Counted from the first letter of the stretch, positions 36,644 to 47,071 are shown. The stretch: 64,000 bases of DNA from Bacteroidales bacterium (GCA_020201035.1 JAIVHO010000032.1:47763-111762), one strand, 5' to 3'. The notes: generated from the sequence alone by a model not told the origin. Translations and numbers: made by a program.

Positions 36644-37516
36644 TTAATTCCGGGGGTCGGCACCCCACATCAGTTTAGTGCGCAGAGTACTGAAAAAGTC
36701 GTGACCTTCAGGGTTTACAGTTGAAATGGTATACTCCGGCTGGTTGATTATAAGTCCGGTTTCGAAAGGGAGTCGCGCCGAACGGTAGTCGCATGTCACA
36801 AGATAATCATTACTTCTTCCCTCAACCACCAGGCTCAGGGTACTGTTCCCGGGAAGCACAATAGGTCTTACAGTAAGGTTATGGGGTGAAAGGGGCGAAA
36901 TCACTATACTGTCATCACCGGGTGAAAGTATAGGACCGCCTGTACTGAGATTGTAGGCTGTTGATCCTGTTGCCGTTGAGATAATCAGTCCGTCAGACCA
37001 GTAGGTATTAAGATAAAGATCATCCACATAAACCTTTACGGTTATCATATTAAGATCTCCCTTCTGGACTGTTATATCATTCAGTGCCAATGCATTATCA
37101 CCCATCAGACCGGCCGGCTCCGTAAGCCGGAGCATATATCTCTCGGTAATAGTATATCTGCCGTGAAGAATATTTTTCAGAGCACTCTCAGGATCATCAT
37201 GAATGTTGGCCAGAAAGCCAAGCCTTCCGGCATTCATACCAGCCACGGGGATGTTTCTTCCTGCAACCTTTGAGGCTGTCTCAAGGAAGGTACCGTCACC
37301 ACCTACGCTAAGCAACAGGTCAGGCACTACCGGACTGTTTTCTATATCACTGAACAGTTTTATATGATCCCTGCTTTCAGGGTCAATAAGCCCTTCAAGT
37401 TTATTGCTTATCAGGATGCCTGCACCCTCTTCCCTCAGAACTCCTATTATCCGGCGTACATAGTCTGCCACCGGCCTGCCGTTATCATATCCGAATATTG
37501 CTATATTCTTTATCAT
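36644..37516 (-). CDS. nadK: NAD kinase
   Basis: GGDGTFL, the NxGxLGFL motif (NAGRLGFL) and TGSTAYNLS. The start is taken at MIKNIAIFG. The ORF is open to 37534. Confidence 0.85.
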   Translation of the reverse strand: MIKNIAIFGYDNGRPVADYVRRIIGVLREEGAGILISNKLEGLIDPESRDHIKLFSDIENSPVVPDLLLSVGGDGTFLETASKVAGRNIPVAGMNAGRLGFLANIHDDPESALKNILHGRYTITERYMLRLTEPAGLMGDNALALNDITVQKGDLNMITVKVYVDDLYLNTYWSDGLIISTATGSTAYNLSTGGPILSPGDDSIVISPLSPHNLTVRPIVLPGNSTLSLVVEGRSNDYLVTCDYRSARLPFETGLIINQPEYTISTVNPEGHDFFSTLRTKLMWGADPRN

Positions 37517-37523
37517 ATGCTCA

Positions 37524-38189
37524 TCAGATATCAAGGAATTTCATGAACGAACCAAACCGGTCACCGTAAAAGCTATCCATCTCATCGCTGTCAGAGTGCC
37601 ATGCCGATACTTCATAGCTGAATCTTTCAAAAGTCTGCAGCACCGGAAGAAGGTTGGATGTATTAAGTTTAAGTGTGATCTCCAGCTGTGAGGAGTCAGG
37701 TGATGAGGTGATATAGAGGTTCAGCACCTTTGCATCATTTGACTCAATGATCTGAGCTATCTGTGACAGGGAGTAATCATTCTGGGTAAGCGTAAGTACA
37801 ATAATGCCACCTGGCTCCTTAAGTGATGACATCTCAGCCATCCTGTCAATCAACTCACTCGAGAGCACCACACCCAGAAAATGATTCTTGTCGTCAAGAA
37901 CGGGAACAACAGTAAGCTTCATAAAGGAAGCTATGCTTATAACCTCGAAAATATGCTGGCTATCCCTTGCGAAAGGTTTGATAAGAGAGAGGTGATGATT
38001 GCCTACCGGCTGCTCAGGATCATTAAGGTCATAGATATCACTGTCAGAGATAAGTCCCAGGAACTCCAGATTATTCACAATCGGTAAATGTGAAATCCTG
38101 AATATCTCCATCCAGTTAAGCGCCTTTTTTCCTGTGTCAGAGGTTTTAAGGGCTGGTATAGTATCTGATATAAGCTCTCTGGCAACCAT
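37524..38189 (-). CDS. CBS domain-containing protein
   Basis: A tandem CBS pair (HLPIVNN.EFLGLISD; VVPVLDDKNHFLGVV) plus an ACT-like C-terminal region. Confidence 0.7.
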   Translation of the reverse strand: MVARELISDTIPALKTSDTGKKALNWMEIFRISHLPIVNNLEFLGLISDSDIYDLNDPEQPVGNHHLSLIKPFARDSQHIFEVISIASFMKLTVVPVLDDKNHFLGVVLSSELIDRMAEMSSLKEPGGIIVLTLTQNDYSLSQIAQIIESNDAKVLNLYITSSPDSSQLEITLKLNTSNLLPVLQTFERFSYEVSAWHSDSDEMDSFYGDRFGSFMKFLDI

Positions 38190-38288
38190 GTAACCACTTA
38201 TTTTGAACAGCTAAATTAAGAAAAAAAAGAAGGAGTGTTGTTTTATTCGTTTACAATGTAAAAATTTGCACCACTAAACAGTGCTAAA

Positions 38289-39014
38289 ATGACAAAGCTA
38301 AGTGTAAACATAAATAAGATTGCCACTATAAGAAATGCCCGCGGGGGAGATATCCCGGATGTTACCGTGGCCGCTATCAACTGCCAGAGGTTTGGTGCAG
38401 ACGGAATCACGGTACATCCGAGACCCGATGAGAGGCATATCACCCGCAAGGATGTATATGATATAAAAAGGATTATTACCACCGAGTACAATATTGAAGG
38501 GTATCCGTCAGAAGAGTTTATCAGTCTGGTGTGTGATGTTAAGCCCCATCAGGTAACCCTGGTCCCGGATCCGCCTGATGCAATCACCTCCAACGCGGGC
38601 TGGGATACCGTTAGTGCCAGGAGCTTTCTGACAGAGGTAATTGCGCGATTTAAAAAGGAGGGCATACGCACCTCCATCTTCGTGGACACCAGGCAGGCAA
38701 ATATTGAAGGTGCTGTACTTACAGGAACGGACAGGGTTGAGCTCTATACCGAACCGTATGCAAAAGGATACCGCAAAGATCCGAAGGCAGCAGTGACTCC
38801 CTTTGTCAGAGCCGCTGAGATTGCCAGAGCAAACGGACTGGGCCTGAATGCAGGACATGACCTAAATCTGGAGAATCTTGCCCTCTTCTCTGAGAGCATA
38901 CCCTGGATGGAAGAGGTATCAATTGGTCATGCACTGATATCCGATGCTCTCTACCTTGGACTGGAGAATACCATTAATATGTATAAACGACTTCTTTTTG
39001 TACCCAACAGGTAA
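38289..39014 (+). CDS. pdxJ: Pyridoxine 5'-phosphate synthase
   Basis: [38 protein letters not shown]. Confidence 0.9.
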   Translation: MTKLSVNINKIATIRNARGGDIPDVTVAAINCQRFGADGITVHPRPDERHITRKDVYDIKRIITTEYNIEGYPSEEFISLVCDVKPHQVTLVPDPPDAITSNAGWDTVSARSFLTEVIARFKKEGIRTSIFVDTRQANIEGAVLTGTDRVELYTEPYAKGYRKDPKAAVTPFVRAAEIARANGLGLNAGHDLNLENLALFSESIPWMEEVSIGHALISDALYLGLENTINMYKRLLFVPNR

Positions 39015-39811
39015 TGAAGCTCTTCTACAGGGAATATGGTAACGGAATACCGATTATGATTCTTCACGGATTGTACGGATCATCTGATAACTGGTCAGCC
39101 ATTGCCCGGGAACTCTCTGACCGGTTCAGGGTAATCGTCCCCGATCTTAGAAATCACGGACGCTCCCCGCACGATCCTGTTCACACCTATGATGCCATAA
39201 GTGATGATATTGCAGAGCTGGCCGACCATCTGGATCTGAAAAGGTTTATTATTGCCGGCCACAGCATGGGCGGCAGGGCTGCTGTCTGGTTTGCAAGGAG
39301 ATGGCCAGGGCGAACAGCCGGACTCATTGTGCTTGATATGTCACCTTTCAAAAGGGTTAAATATGAGAAGGGAGAGCCCTGGTTCCATTCAAGGGTACTC
39401 AGGCTGATGACCGAAAGTGACCCTTCCACCTTCAAAGATCGTGAGGATGCAGAGAAACTTTTCGGTGAAAAAATAGGAGACAGCAGGATTACCGGATTCC
39501 TGCTGAAAAACCTTACCCGGAACAAAAAGGGTGAGTTCAGATGGAGACTCAATCCCGGGATTCTCCTGGACAACCTTGAAAATATAATGGACGGCCTTGA
39601 TCCTGACCCGGGCAGTCTGACCCCCGTTACAGGGTTTCCCGTTCTCTTCCTGAGGGCTGAACACTCAGGATATATAACTGAACAGGACATTGAACTTATC
39701 CCCTCACTATTTCCGGCGGCAGATATTATTACAGTAAAGGATACATCACACTGGTTACATGCAGAGAGACCCGCTGAGATTACTGAGCGTATAAGGGAAT
39801 TTGCCTCCTGA
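39014..39811 (+). CDS. Alpha/beta-fold hydrolase
   Basis: HGLYGSSDNW, the nucleophile elbow GHSMGG and a C-terminal H in TSHWLHAE. Confidence 0.75.
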   Translation: MKLFYREYGNGIPIMILHGLYGSSDNWSAIARELSDRFRVIVPDLRNHGRSPHDPVHTYDAISDDIAELADHLDLKRFIIAGHSMGGRAAVWFARRWPGRTAGLIVLDMSPFKRVKYEKGEPWFHSRVLRLMTESDPSTFKDREDAEKLFGEKIGDSRITGFLLKNLTRNKKGEFRWRLNPGILLDNLENIMDGLDPDPGSLTPVTGFPVLFLRAEHSGYITEQDIELIPSLFPAADIITVKDTSHWLHAERPAEITERIREFAS

Positions 39812-39911
39812 AAAGACCCTTGTCAGGCTGCTAAACCGTGCAAGATCAGATAACTGAAATGGAAATTAGTCATATGAGGCCTGAGGAGGGCCAGCAGGGC
39901 ACTGGACTAAG

Positions 39912-40643
39912 TTATAATCCTGTTACCGACTCAATGGCAGAATCATCAACAATATCATCGCCCCGCAAACGTAGAAAGAGTCGGGTCAGGGCAATCACAT
40001 CCTTCTCACAGTAGAGCGCTATCCGCTTTATGTCACCCTCATTATAATAGATACCTGCAACCTGGCTGCCATCAATATCATCCTTCGGTGTGGGAATACC
40101 CAGAAGGGTACATATAAGAGCAAGGGATGTATAGTGCTTGTAATCGCCAAACTTCCATAGCTCCATTGTGTCCAGAAGATTTATCTCCCATGGTTTTTTC
40201 CCTGCGTTATCCAGAATTGCCGGTACAGGCAAGCCATTTATCAGCATACGGCGGGCGATAAAGGGAAAGTCAAACTCCTTGCCATTATGGGCACACAACA
40301 GGGCCTCCTTCCCTTTTGAAAAGGAGTTCACCATACCCGCAAACTCTTCCAGCAGTAGCTTCTCATTGTCTCCATAAAAAGATTTTATCCTGAGCCCCCT
40401 GCCCTCACCGGCACGTGTCAGTACCCCGGCTGAAATAGTTATTATCTTACCGAACTCACTGTATATCCCTGCCCTTTCAAACATCTCGCCTGGGGTTGAC
40501 TCGTCCCTTGATATCTGACCTGCCTTTCTGTCCCAGAACGGTTTCAGTTCTGCAGGCATATCATCGTAAACGGGAGCCACAGGTACTGTCTCCACATCAA
40601 TAAAAAGCACCCTGAAAGGGTCTGTGTCCCTTAGTATTTTCAT
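39912..40643 (-). CDS. RNase H-like 3'-5' exonuclease (PolB-exonuclease-related)
   Basis: LFIDVET (ExoI-like) and HNGKEFDFPF (ExoII-like) motifs. ATGA overlap with the udk stop. Confidence 0.6.
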   Translation of the reverse strand: MKILRDTDPFRVLFIDVETVPVAPVYDDMPAELKPFWDRKAGQISRDESTPGEMFERAGIYSEFGKIITISAGVLTRAGEGRGLRIKSFYGDNEKLLLEEFAGMVNSFSKGKEALLCAHNGKEFDFPFIARRMLINGLPVPAILDNAGKKPWEINLLDTMELWKFGDYKHYTSLALICTLLGIPTPKDDIDGSQVAGIYYNEGDIKRIALYCEKDVIALTRLFLRLRGDDIVDDSAIESVTGL

Positions 40644-41263
40644 GACTGTATCTCCTCTGCAAGATATTTTTCAATAGTTGAAACTACCATATTTATTGCA
40701 ACCTCATTATCCCCACCACCGGGAATAATTATGTCAGCATACCTTTTTGTTGGCTCTATAAACTGGAGATGTGACGGTTTAACCGTTTCATAGTAACGTT
40801 CAAGCACCTCTGATATATCCCTGCCCCTCTCGGCAATATCCCTCTCAATAACCCTCACCAGCCTGTCATCAGGATCAGCATCAACAAAAACCTTGATATG
40901 CATCATATTACGTATCCGTGGATCGGACAGTACAAGTATCCCCTCAAGAATCACCACCCTTGCCGGTTCAACCCTGATTGTTGTCTCGCTTCTAAGGCAT
41001 GTAATATATGAGTACTGTGGCATCTCAACAGGTTCACTCTTCATCAGCCGTTCAAGATGATCTGCAAGCATTGACCATTCAATGGATTCAGGGTGATCAA
41101 AATTTATCTTCTGCCTCTCCTCAAGGGGCAGATGGCGGTTATCCCTGTAGTAGTTATCCTGAGCTACTGTAAGAACGCATGTCTGGTTTATAGCCCTTTC
41201 AATCTTACGGACTACGGTGGTTTTACCTGAGCCGGTTCCACCGGCAATACCCACAATTAACAT
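40640..41263 (-). CDS. udk: Uridine kinase
   Basis: MLIVGIAGGTGSGKTTV P-loop, DNYY, FDHP. 207 aa from the internal Met. The ORF-track extension to 41584 overlaps the Dabb gene antisense and is rejected. Confidence 0.85.
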   Translation of the reverse strand: MLIVGIAGGTGSGKTTVVRKIERAINQTCVLTVAQDNYYRDNRHLPLEERQKINFDHPESIEWSMLADHLERLMKSEPVEMPQYSYITCLRSETTIRVEPARVVILEGILVLSDPRIRNMMHIKVFVDADPDDRLVRVIERDIAERGRDISEVLERYYETVKPSHLQFIEPTKRYADIIIPGGGDNEVAINMVVSTIEKYLAEEIQS

Positions 41264-41315
41264 ATAATTATTAAATTTGTCATCTGTACAGCTACCAAAA
41301 GTAATAAATAATCCT

Positions 41316-41624
41316 ATGATAAAGCATATTGTTATGTTCCGGATAATGGGAACAGCATCATTTGAGGAGAGGAAAGCTGCCGCCATGGAGCTTTCAGCAA
41401 TATTTTCATCTCTTGAGTCACTCGCCTGTGTGGCTGAGTTCCGTACCGGAATTAACTTCTTAGGGAGCGATGCGGCATGGGACTTTGTAATAGATTCACT
41501 GTTTGAAAGCCGGGAGAACCTTATTGAGTACCAGAAGAGCATTGAGCATACTGCTGCTGTAAGGGCTGCATCACATATAAGCAAGGAGAAGGCTGTTGTT
41601 GATTATGAAATTAAGGAAAAATAA
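41316..41624 (+). CDS. Dabb (stress-responsive alpha/beta barrel) family protein
   Basis: MIKHIVMF......EF..G.N......WDFV..S.F.S...L..Y..S..H pattern. About 102 aa from the internal Met. Confidence 0.7.
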   Translation: MIKHIVMFRIMGTASFEERKAAAMELSAIFSSLESLACVAEFRTGINFLGSDAAWDFVIDSLFESRENLIEYQKSIEHTAAVRAASHISKEKAVVDYEIKEK

Positions 41625-42601
41625 TGACAAATCTCTATCCGGTCAGGTTTGATCCGCAGGTTAAACAGAGAGTATGGGGCGGAGATGCCCTGTGCCGTAA
41701 TTATGGGAAGCAGGAGTGCGGCGAAGCAGCCGGAGAGAGCTGGGAGATATGCGGACTGCAGGGAGACCTGTCTGTTGTCTCAAACGGTTTCCTTGCAGGA
41801 AATGATATCTCGGAAATCACAGAGGTATATATGGGTGATCTGGTGGGTGAAAAGATCTATGAAAAGTTTGGCATTGAATTCCCGCTGCTGATAAAAATAC
41901 TGGATGCCAGAGAGATGCTTTCTGTCCAGGTGCATCCTGATGATACCCTTGCACGGAAACGGCACTCAGCATACGGCAAGAGTGAGCTGTGGTATGTCCT
42001 TGAAGCTGAACCGGGAGCTGTTATATACAGTGGTTTTAACAGGGACATAACTGCTGATGAATATCTGGAAGCAGTGGACAGGAAGAGATTACCATCTCTG
42101 ATGAACAGGATCACCCCTGTGGCAGGAGATGTCTTCTACCTTCCGGCAGGTACAATACACTGTATCGGAGGTGGCGTTGTGGTTGCAGAGATACAGCAGG
42201 CATCGGATATTACCTACCGCATATATGACTGGGACAGGAAAAGCAGTGAGGGACATGCAAGGGAACTGCATAATGATCTGGCAGTTGATGCCCTCAGCTT
42301 TACACAGTACAATGATCCGGTAACACATCACCAGGTGATTCCGGATGTACCTGAGGTGATTGCTGACAATGCCCATTTCCATATCTCCCTGGCCGGGGCA
42401 GAAGGAGTTGCAATACGTGATTACTCTCTTACCGACAGCTTTGTCATCATCATCTGCACTTCCGGATCGCTGGAGATTAAATACGGGGATACAGAGGAGA
42501 AACTAAAAAAGGGAGATACAATCCTGATTCCGGCAATAACAGATCTGATAACCATAACCGGCGACAGGGGATCAGCATTTCTGGAGGTATATATCCCATA
42601 A
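41624..42601 (+). CDS. manA: Class I mannose-6-phosphate isomerase (cupin)
   Basis: W.G....GESWE, LSVQVHPDD, ELWYVL and the AGT.H motif. Confidence 0.75.
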   Translation: MTNLYPVRFDPQVKQRVWGGDALCRNYGKQECGEAAGESWEICGLQGDLSVVSNGFLAGNDISEITEVYMGDLVGEKIYEKFGIEFPLLIKILDAREMLSVQVHPDDTLARKRHSAYGKSELWYVLEAEPGAVIYSGFNRDITADEYLEAVDRKRLPSLMNRITPVAGDVFYLPAGTIHCIGGGVVVAEIQQASDITYRIYDWDRKSSEGHARELHNDLAVDALSFTQYNDPVTHHQVIPDVPEVIADNAHFHISLAGAEGVAIRDYSLTDSFVIIICTSGSLEIKYGDTEEKLKKGDTILIPAITDLITITGDRGSAFLEVYIP

Positions 42602-42622
42602 TTTACTATCAAACATCCTATT

Positions 42623-43399
42623 ATGATCAACAGACATATCACCCTTGTCACCCTTCTTATTACAGCAGTAATTGCTGCCTCATCATGCAGGCATATTATC
42701 CCCCAGGGTGAGGATCAGAATCAGCAGGCTACAGATACTGCAGTATCTGAAAACTATACAGGTATTAAGAAATACTACGCTGAAGGGCGACTGGTTAAGG
42801 ATATTACCTACAGCGAGGGTCTTAAAAACGGTATCTGTAATAACTATTATGATGATGGAAGGCTCAAGAGAACTATTATCTACAAGAATGATCTCAAGGT
42901 GGATACAGCAAAGTGGTACTACCCTGAGGGCATGGTATACCGCTCAACACCCTATGTTAATGACATGATTCACGGTGTACAGACCAAATACTACAAAAAC
43001 GGGAAGAAACAGGCGGAGCTGCCTTATAATATGGGACTGAGGATGCCGGGGCTGAAGGAGTATTATGAGGATGGCAGACAAGTTACCGGTATACCTTCCA
43101 TCACTTCAGATATTACAGACAGCCGGTGGGAGGAAGAAGGAATCCTGAGGGTTATTGTGCGTCTCGACAATGGCTCGGCTAATGTAAAATTCTACAGGGG
43201 TGCCCTTATTAACGGAGCCTTTGACAAGGATCAGTACCAGGATATAACCATTTCATCGGGTATGGGCTTTACTGAGATGAAGCGTAGTGATACAGGGGGA
43301 AAAGGTTATGTTGATATTATCGCTGTATACACAACCCGGTTCCGGAACAGGGAGATTATTGCTAACCGGATCAGACTACCCTACAATAACCTTATCTGA
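42623..43399 (+). CDS. MORN-variant/YwqK-like repeat lipoprotein
   Basis: Lipobox (AASSC). Repeats: YYAEGRLVKDITY..GLKNG, YYDDGRLKR, YYPEGMVY, YYKNGKK. Confidence 0.6.
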   Translation: MINRHITLVTLLITAVIAASSCRHIIPQGEDQNQQATDTAVSENYTGIKKYYAEGRLVKDITYSEGLKNGICNNYYDDGRLKRTIIYKNDLKVDTAKWYYPEGMVYRSTPYVNDMIHGVQTKYYKNGKKQAELPYNMGLRMPGLKEYYEDGRQVTGIPSITSDITDSRWEEEGILRVIVRLDNGSANVKFYRGALINGAFDKDQYQDITISSGMGFTEMKRSDTGGKGYVDIIAVYTTRFRNREIIANRIRLPYNNLI

Positions 43400-43404
43400 C
43401 CATT

Positions 43405-44022
43405 ATGATCATTAGGAGCGCGCAGTTCATTACAAGCAGCACAAAGTTGTCACAGACACCTGATCCCCTGCTCCCCGAATTTGCATTTATTGGCAGAAGT
43501 AATGTAGGAAAATCTTCTCTTATCAATATGCTTACTGCCAACAATAAGCTGGCAAAAATATCAGGCAGCCCGGGCAAAACCCGAACCATAAACCATTTCC
43601 TGATAAACGGAGAATGGTATATAGCAGACCTTCCGGGCTACGGATATGCCAAAGTATCGAAGAAGATGCGTGCCGAGTGGCAAAAGATGATTGAGGAGTA
43701 TATTTTTAAACGTGAAAATCTTGTCTCACTCTTTGCGCTGATAGATTCAAGACATGATCCAATAGATTCAGATCTTGAGTTTATGGAGTTCCTTGGTCTG
43801 AATATGATACCCTTCGCCAGAATCTTTACCAAGGCAGACAAGCAGACTGCTGCCGCCACTGCCAGAAAACTGGAGGCCCATAACATGATTATGCTGCAAT
43901 CGTGGGACAGTTTACCCGAGACCTTTATAACCTCCGCAGAGGACAGAAGAGGGAGAGATAACATTCTTGACTATATCTCGGAGAGCATAAAATTTTTTAC
44001 CCCCCCCCCGGCAAGAAAATAG
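43405..44022 (+). CDS. engB: Ribosome biogenesis GTP-binding protein YihA/EngB
   Basis: GRSNVGKSSLIN (G1), DLPGYGYA (G3), TKADK (G4). Confidence 0.9.
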   Translation: MIIRSAQFITSSTKLSQTPDPLLPEFAFIGRSNVGKSSLINMLTANNKLAKISGSPGKTRTINHFLINGEWYIADLPGYGYAKVSKKMRAEWQKMIEEYIFKRENLVSLFALIDSRHDPIDSDLEFMEFLGLNMIPFARIFTKADKQTAAATARKLEAHNMIMLQSWDSLPETFITSAEDRRGRDNILDYISESIKFFTPPPARK

Positions 44023-44277
44023 AAAAACTGTAAAGCCAAAGGTATCCGTACCAGCATCCGGCAGGTAAGGGAGCAGACAGGATATGGGGAGAAGAACACC
44101 GGGGCGAAGAGTCGCCGCCGGAGCCGGAAGTTACTGCAAACCATCAGGTAAGGTAAAGAGAGTCGCTGTTGCAAGGATATTACTCCCTCTTTATGCAGTT
44201 TTGTTTACAAAAGTTCATGGATGTTTCGTAGTTTTACAAAAAATTTAATGGCCATTCCAAAATCATATTGATACCAA

Positions 44278-45216
44278 ATGAACGGCAAATCACCATTAAA
44301 ATTATTCAGCTGCACCTCAGCCCGTTATATGGCAGAAAATATAGCAAATCACCTGGGAGTAAAACTGGGCGAGAGCAGCGTAACACAGTTCAGTGACGGA
44401 GAATTCCAGCCCAGGTTTGATGAATCGGTGAGGGGCTGTTCGGTATTTATCGTTCAATCCACATTCCCGCCGGCAGAGAATCTGCTTGAGCTTCTCCTGA
44501 TGATTGATGCCGCCAAGAGAGCCTCTGCATACAAGGTAATTGCAGTAATTCCGTACTTCGGCCTTGCCCGCCAGGATCGTAAGGACAGACCACGTGTCTC
44601 CATTGGAGCAAAAATGGTTGCAAACCTTCTTGAATCGGCCGGTGTTGACAGGGTGATGACCATTGACCTCCATGCTGACCAGATACAGGGATTCTTTGAT
44701 GTACCTGTTGACCATCTCTATGCATCGTCACTTTTTGTGGATCATATAAACAGGATGAATCTTCCGCACCTTACTGTCTCTGCTCCGGATATGGGCGGAT
44801 CAAAAAGGGCCAATGCCTACTCCAGGCATCTCAAGTCAGAATTGGTTCTGAGCTACAAACTGCGAAAAAAACCAAATGTTGTCGAAGAGATTTCCATGAT
44901 AGGTGAAGTTAGGGACAGGGATGTTGTAATCATTGATGATATGGTTGATACAGCCGGAACCCTCACTTTTGCGGCACAGATGATGATGGACAGGGGAGCA
45001 AGGAGCATTCATGCATTTGCCACCCACCCCGTTCTGAGCGGTCCGGCATATGAACGGATTGAAAACTCTCCCATATCAAAGCTGGTGGTGACAGACACAA
45101 TACCCCTGAGACAGCAATCACCAAAGATTGAAGTGCTTTCAGTAGCCAAACTGTTATCAGAAACAATAGATGCGGTATATCACAACGAATCAATAAGTAT
45201 GGGGTTTGTTTTTTAA
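44278..45216 (+). CDS. prs: Ribose-phosphate pyrophosphokinase
   Basis: FSDGE, IPYFGLARQDRK, DLHADQIQGFF, DDMVDTAGT. Confidence 0.9.
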   Translation: MNGKSPLKLFSCTSARYMAENIANHLGVKLGESSVTQFSDGEFQPRFDESVRGCSVFIVQSTFPPAENLLELLLMIDAAKRASAYKVIAVIPYFGLARQDRKDRPRVSIGAKMVANLLESAGVDRVMTIDLHADQIQGFFDVPVDHLYASSLFVDHINRMNLPHLTVSAPDMGGSKRANAYSRHLKSELVLSYKLRKKPNVVEEISMIGEVRDRDVVIIDDMVDTAGTLTFAAQMMMDRGARSIHAFATHPVLSGPAYERIENSPISKLVVTDTIPLRQQSPKIEVLSVAKLLSETIDAVYHNESISMGFVF

Positions 45217-45227
45217 CCATTTAACCT

Positions 45228-45235
45228 TATATTTG
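45228..45235 (+). promoter_or_regulatory. -7 promoter box TATATTTG, about 178 nt upstream of rplY
   Basis: Exact TAnnTTTG match 12 nt after the prs stop. It implies a ~170-nt leader or a separate small transcript. Confidence 0.45.
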
Positions 45236-45412
45236 CAGGCCGAAATTTTTAAGATATAGTCAAACGTGTGATGGGGGAATACAGACGGCAGTAATCCTTA
45301 GTAGCACAACAAAGCGGGATAACAGCCTCATATAAGAGATAACCTATTTCATTAAAAGGTGATTTTCTCTTTTTTTTTGGTCTGAACCCACCGTTTTAAT
45401 TAATAAAAAAAT

Positions 45413-46048
45413 ATGAAAACTATTGAGATCAAGGCTCATCTGCGCACAGGAACAGGTAAAAAGGACTCCAAAAATCTGAGAAGTGAAAATAATGTTCCAT
45501 GCGTAATGTACGGAGGTGAAGAGATTGTCCATTTTTACACTCATGAAAACAACTTCAAGCCACTTATCTACACCCCGAACGTATATATCATAGAATTTGA
45601 TATTGACGGAAAAAAATACAAGGCTACTCTCCAGGACATACAGTTTCAGCCGGTGACTGACCGTATTACACATATGGATTTCAAACAGGTATTTGAAGAC
45701 AAGCCTGTAGTCATGAACATTCCGATAAAGGTTGTCGGAGATTCAGTCGGAATCAAGGCCGGGGGTAAACTTCGTATGAAGAGAAGAACTATCAAGGTTA
45801 TGGGCGTTATGAAGGATTTGCCTGATATGCTCGAGATTGACGTTACATCACTGGAAATAGGGATGTCAATAAAGATTCATGACCTGAGCTGGGAGAATCT
45901 TGAGATCCTTGATCCCCCGAGAGCAATGGTTGTGGCAATTATCACCTCACGTATGGCAGCCAAGGATTCAGCCCTTCCGGAGGATGAAATTGAAGAGGTA
46001 ACTGAAGAAACAGGAGCTGAAGAGGTAGAGGCTACTGAAGAGAATTAA
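45413..46048 (+). CDS. rplY: 50S ribosomal protein L25 / general stress protein Ctc
   Basis: R.G.GK...R..R..G..P.V.YG pattern, and a long form with an acidic C-terminal tail. Confidence 0.9.
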   Translation: MKTIEIKAHLRTGTGKKDSKNLRSENNVPCVMYGGEEIVHFYTHENNFKPLIYTPNVYIIEFDIDGKKYKATLQDIQFQPVTDRITHMDFKQVFEDKPVVMNIPIKVVGDSVGIKAGGKLRMKRRTIKVMGVMKDLPDMLEIDVTSLEIGMSIKIHDLSWENLEILDPPRAMVVAIITSRMAAKDSALPEDEIEEVTEETGAEEVEATEEN

Positions 46049-46104
46049 ACCTGTAATGGCCTCAACTGAATGGCCGTTACTTTTAACCCAATAAACCCGC
46101 AGCA

Positions 46105-46695
46105 TTGAAATACCTGATCACAGGTCTGGGAAATATTGGAGACGAATATAGTTACACCCGTCATAATATCGGCTTTATGGTGCTGGATGCCTGGGCCGCA
46201 TCAACGGGTACGGGTTTTAACGACAAAAGATACGGCTCCGTGGCTGAGATACGCCACCGGGGCCGTATCTATATACTGCTCAAGCCATCAACCTATATGA
46301 ATCTGAGTGGCAATGCCGTGAACTACTGGCTTAAGAAGGAGAAAATTCCTGTTGAGAACCTGCTGGTTATCACTGATGACATTGCCCTGCCGGCCGGAAG
46401 CATAAGGATAAGACCCGGAGGAGGTGACGGCGGGCATAACGGTCTTTCACATATCAGTGCAATCCTGGGTCACAACAGCTATGCCCGAATAAGGTTCGGG
46501 ATCGGAAATGACTTTCCTCCGGGCGGACAGGTGCACTATGTGCTTGAAAAGTGGAGCAGCGAAGAGATTAACTTTCTGAAGCCCCGGATTGAACTTACGG
46601 TGAATATGATCAAGTCATTCGGTTTTGCAGGTCTTGAGCTTACAATGACCCGCTATAACAGGGAAGGAAAGAGTATCCCCGGAAAGGATGAGTAA
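46105..46695 (+). CDS. pth: Peptidyl-tRNA hydrolase
   Basis: LITGLGNIG.EY..TRHN.GF, GGHNGL. TTG start. Confidence 0.9.
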   Translation: MKYLITGLGNIGDEYSYTRHNIGFMVLDAWAASTGTGFNDKRYGSVAEIRHRGRIYILLKPSTYMNLSGNAVNYWLKKEKIPVENLLVITDDIALPAGSIRIRPGGGDGGHNGLSHISAILGHNSYARIRFGIGNDFPPGGQVHYVLEKWSSEEINFLKPRIELTVNMIKSFGFAGLELTMTRYNREGKSIPGKDE

Positions 46696-47071
46696 CATGG
46701 AAGGAATCCGTTATGATAAATATCTCTGGACGGTACGGCTATTTAAAACAAGAAGTATGGCCTCCGATGCATGCCGTAACGGCAGGGTACAGATCGACGG
46801 TTTGAATATTAAACCTTCCCGGACGGCGGTCATAGAGGATATCTTTACGCTGCGTCGCCAGCCGGCGCTGCTTAATTTCAGGGTAAAAGAGCTGCCACCG
46901 TCACGTGTAGGAGCAAAACTTGTCAGCCAGTATCTTGAAGATCTGACACCTGAAGAGGAACGCGAAAAACTCAATATCAAACTGTCCGATAAAACCGGTC
47001 TGCGTCCAAGGGGAACGGGGCGGCCGACAAAGAGGGAGCGGCGCGATCTGGACAGGCTGAGGGACAGGTAG
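46688..47071 (+). CDS. hslR: S4-domain RNA-binding protein (Hsp15/HslR-like)
   Basis: RYDKYLWTVRLFKTRS.A...C..G.V..DG is the S4 fold signature. Basic C-terminal tail. Confidence 0.75.
   Translation: MSNMEGIRYDKYLWTVRLFKTRSMASDACRNGRVQIDGLNIKPSRTAVIEDIFTLRRQPALLNFRVKELPPSRVGAKLVSQYLEDLTPEEEREKLNIKLSDKTGLRPRGTGRPTKRERRDLDRLRDR

Noticed and set aside
41264-41584. 107-codon N-terminal extension of the udk ORF (track entry 40640-41584).
   Set aside because: The extension has no uridine-kinase-like sequence and overlaps the well-formed Dabb gene antisense. The internal Met gives MLIVGIAGGTGSGKT at the normal distance from the N-terminus (207 aa).
42623-43399. YwqK/MORN-repeat protein, a family often labelled 'antitoxin'. 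I looked for a partner toxin or TA/polymorphic-toxin system.
   Set aside because: No adjacent toxin-like or LXG/Rhs-type ORF exists. The protein has a lipoprotein signal and sits among housekeeping genes (manA, engB). The antitoxin label is not supported here.
44023-44277. Purine- and GC-rich 255-nt engB-prs spacer with a 9-bp hairpin (44099-44121, AGAG loop). I considered SRP RNA, RNase P RNA or 6S RNA.
   Set aside because: None of the hallmark motifs is present: GGAAGCAGCC and the SRP domain IV symmetric loop, the GAGGAAAGUCC P4 of RNase P, or the tmRNA tag region. There is no clear promoter box or terminator. It remains unexplained but is too weak to call.
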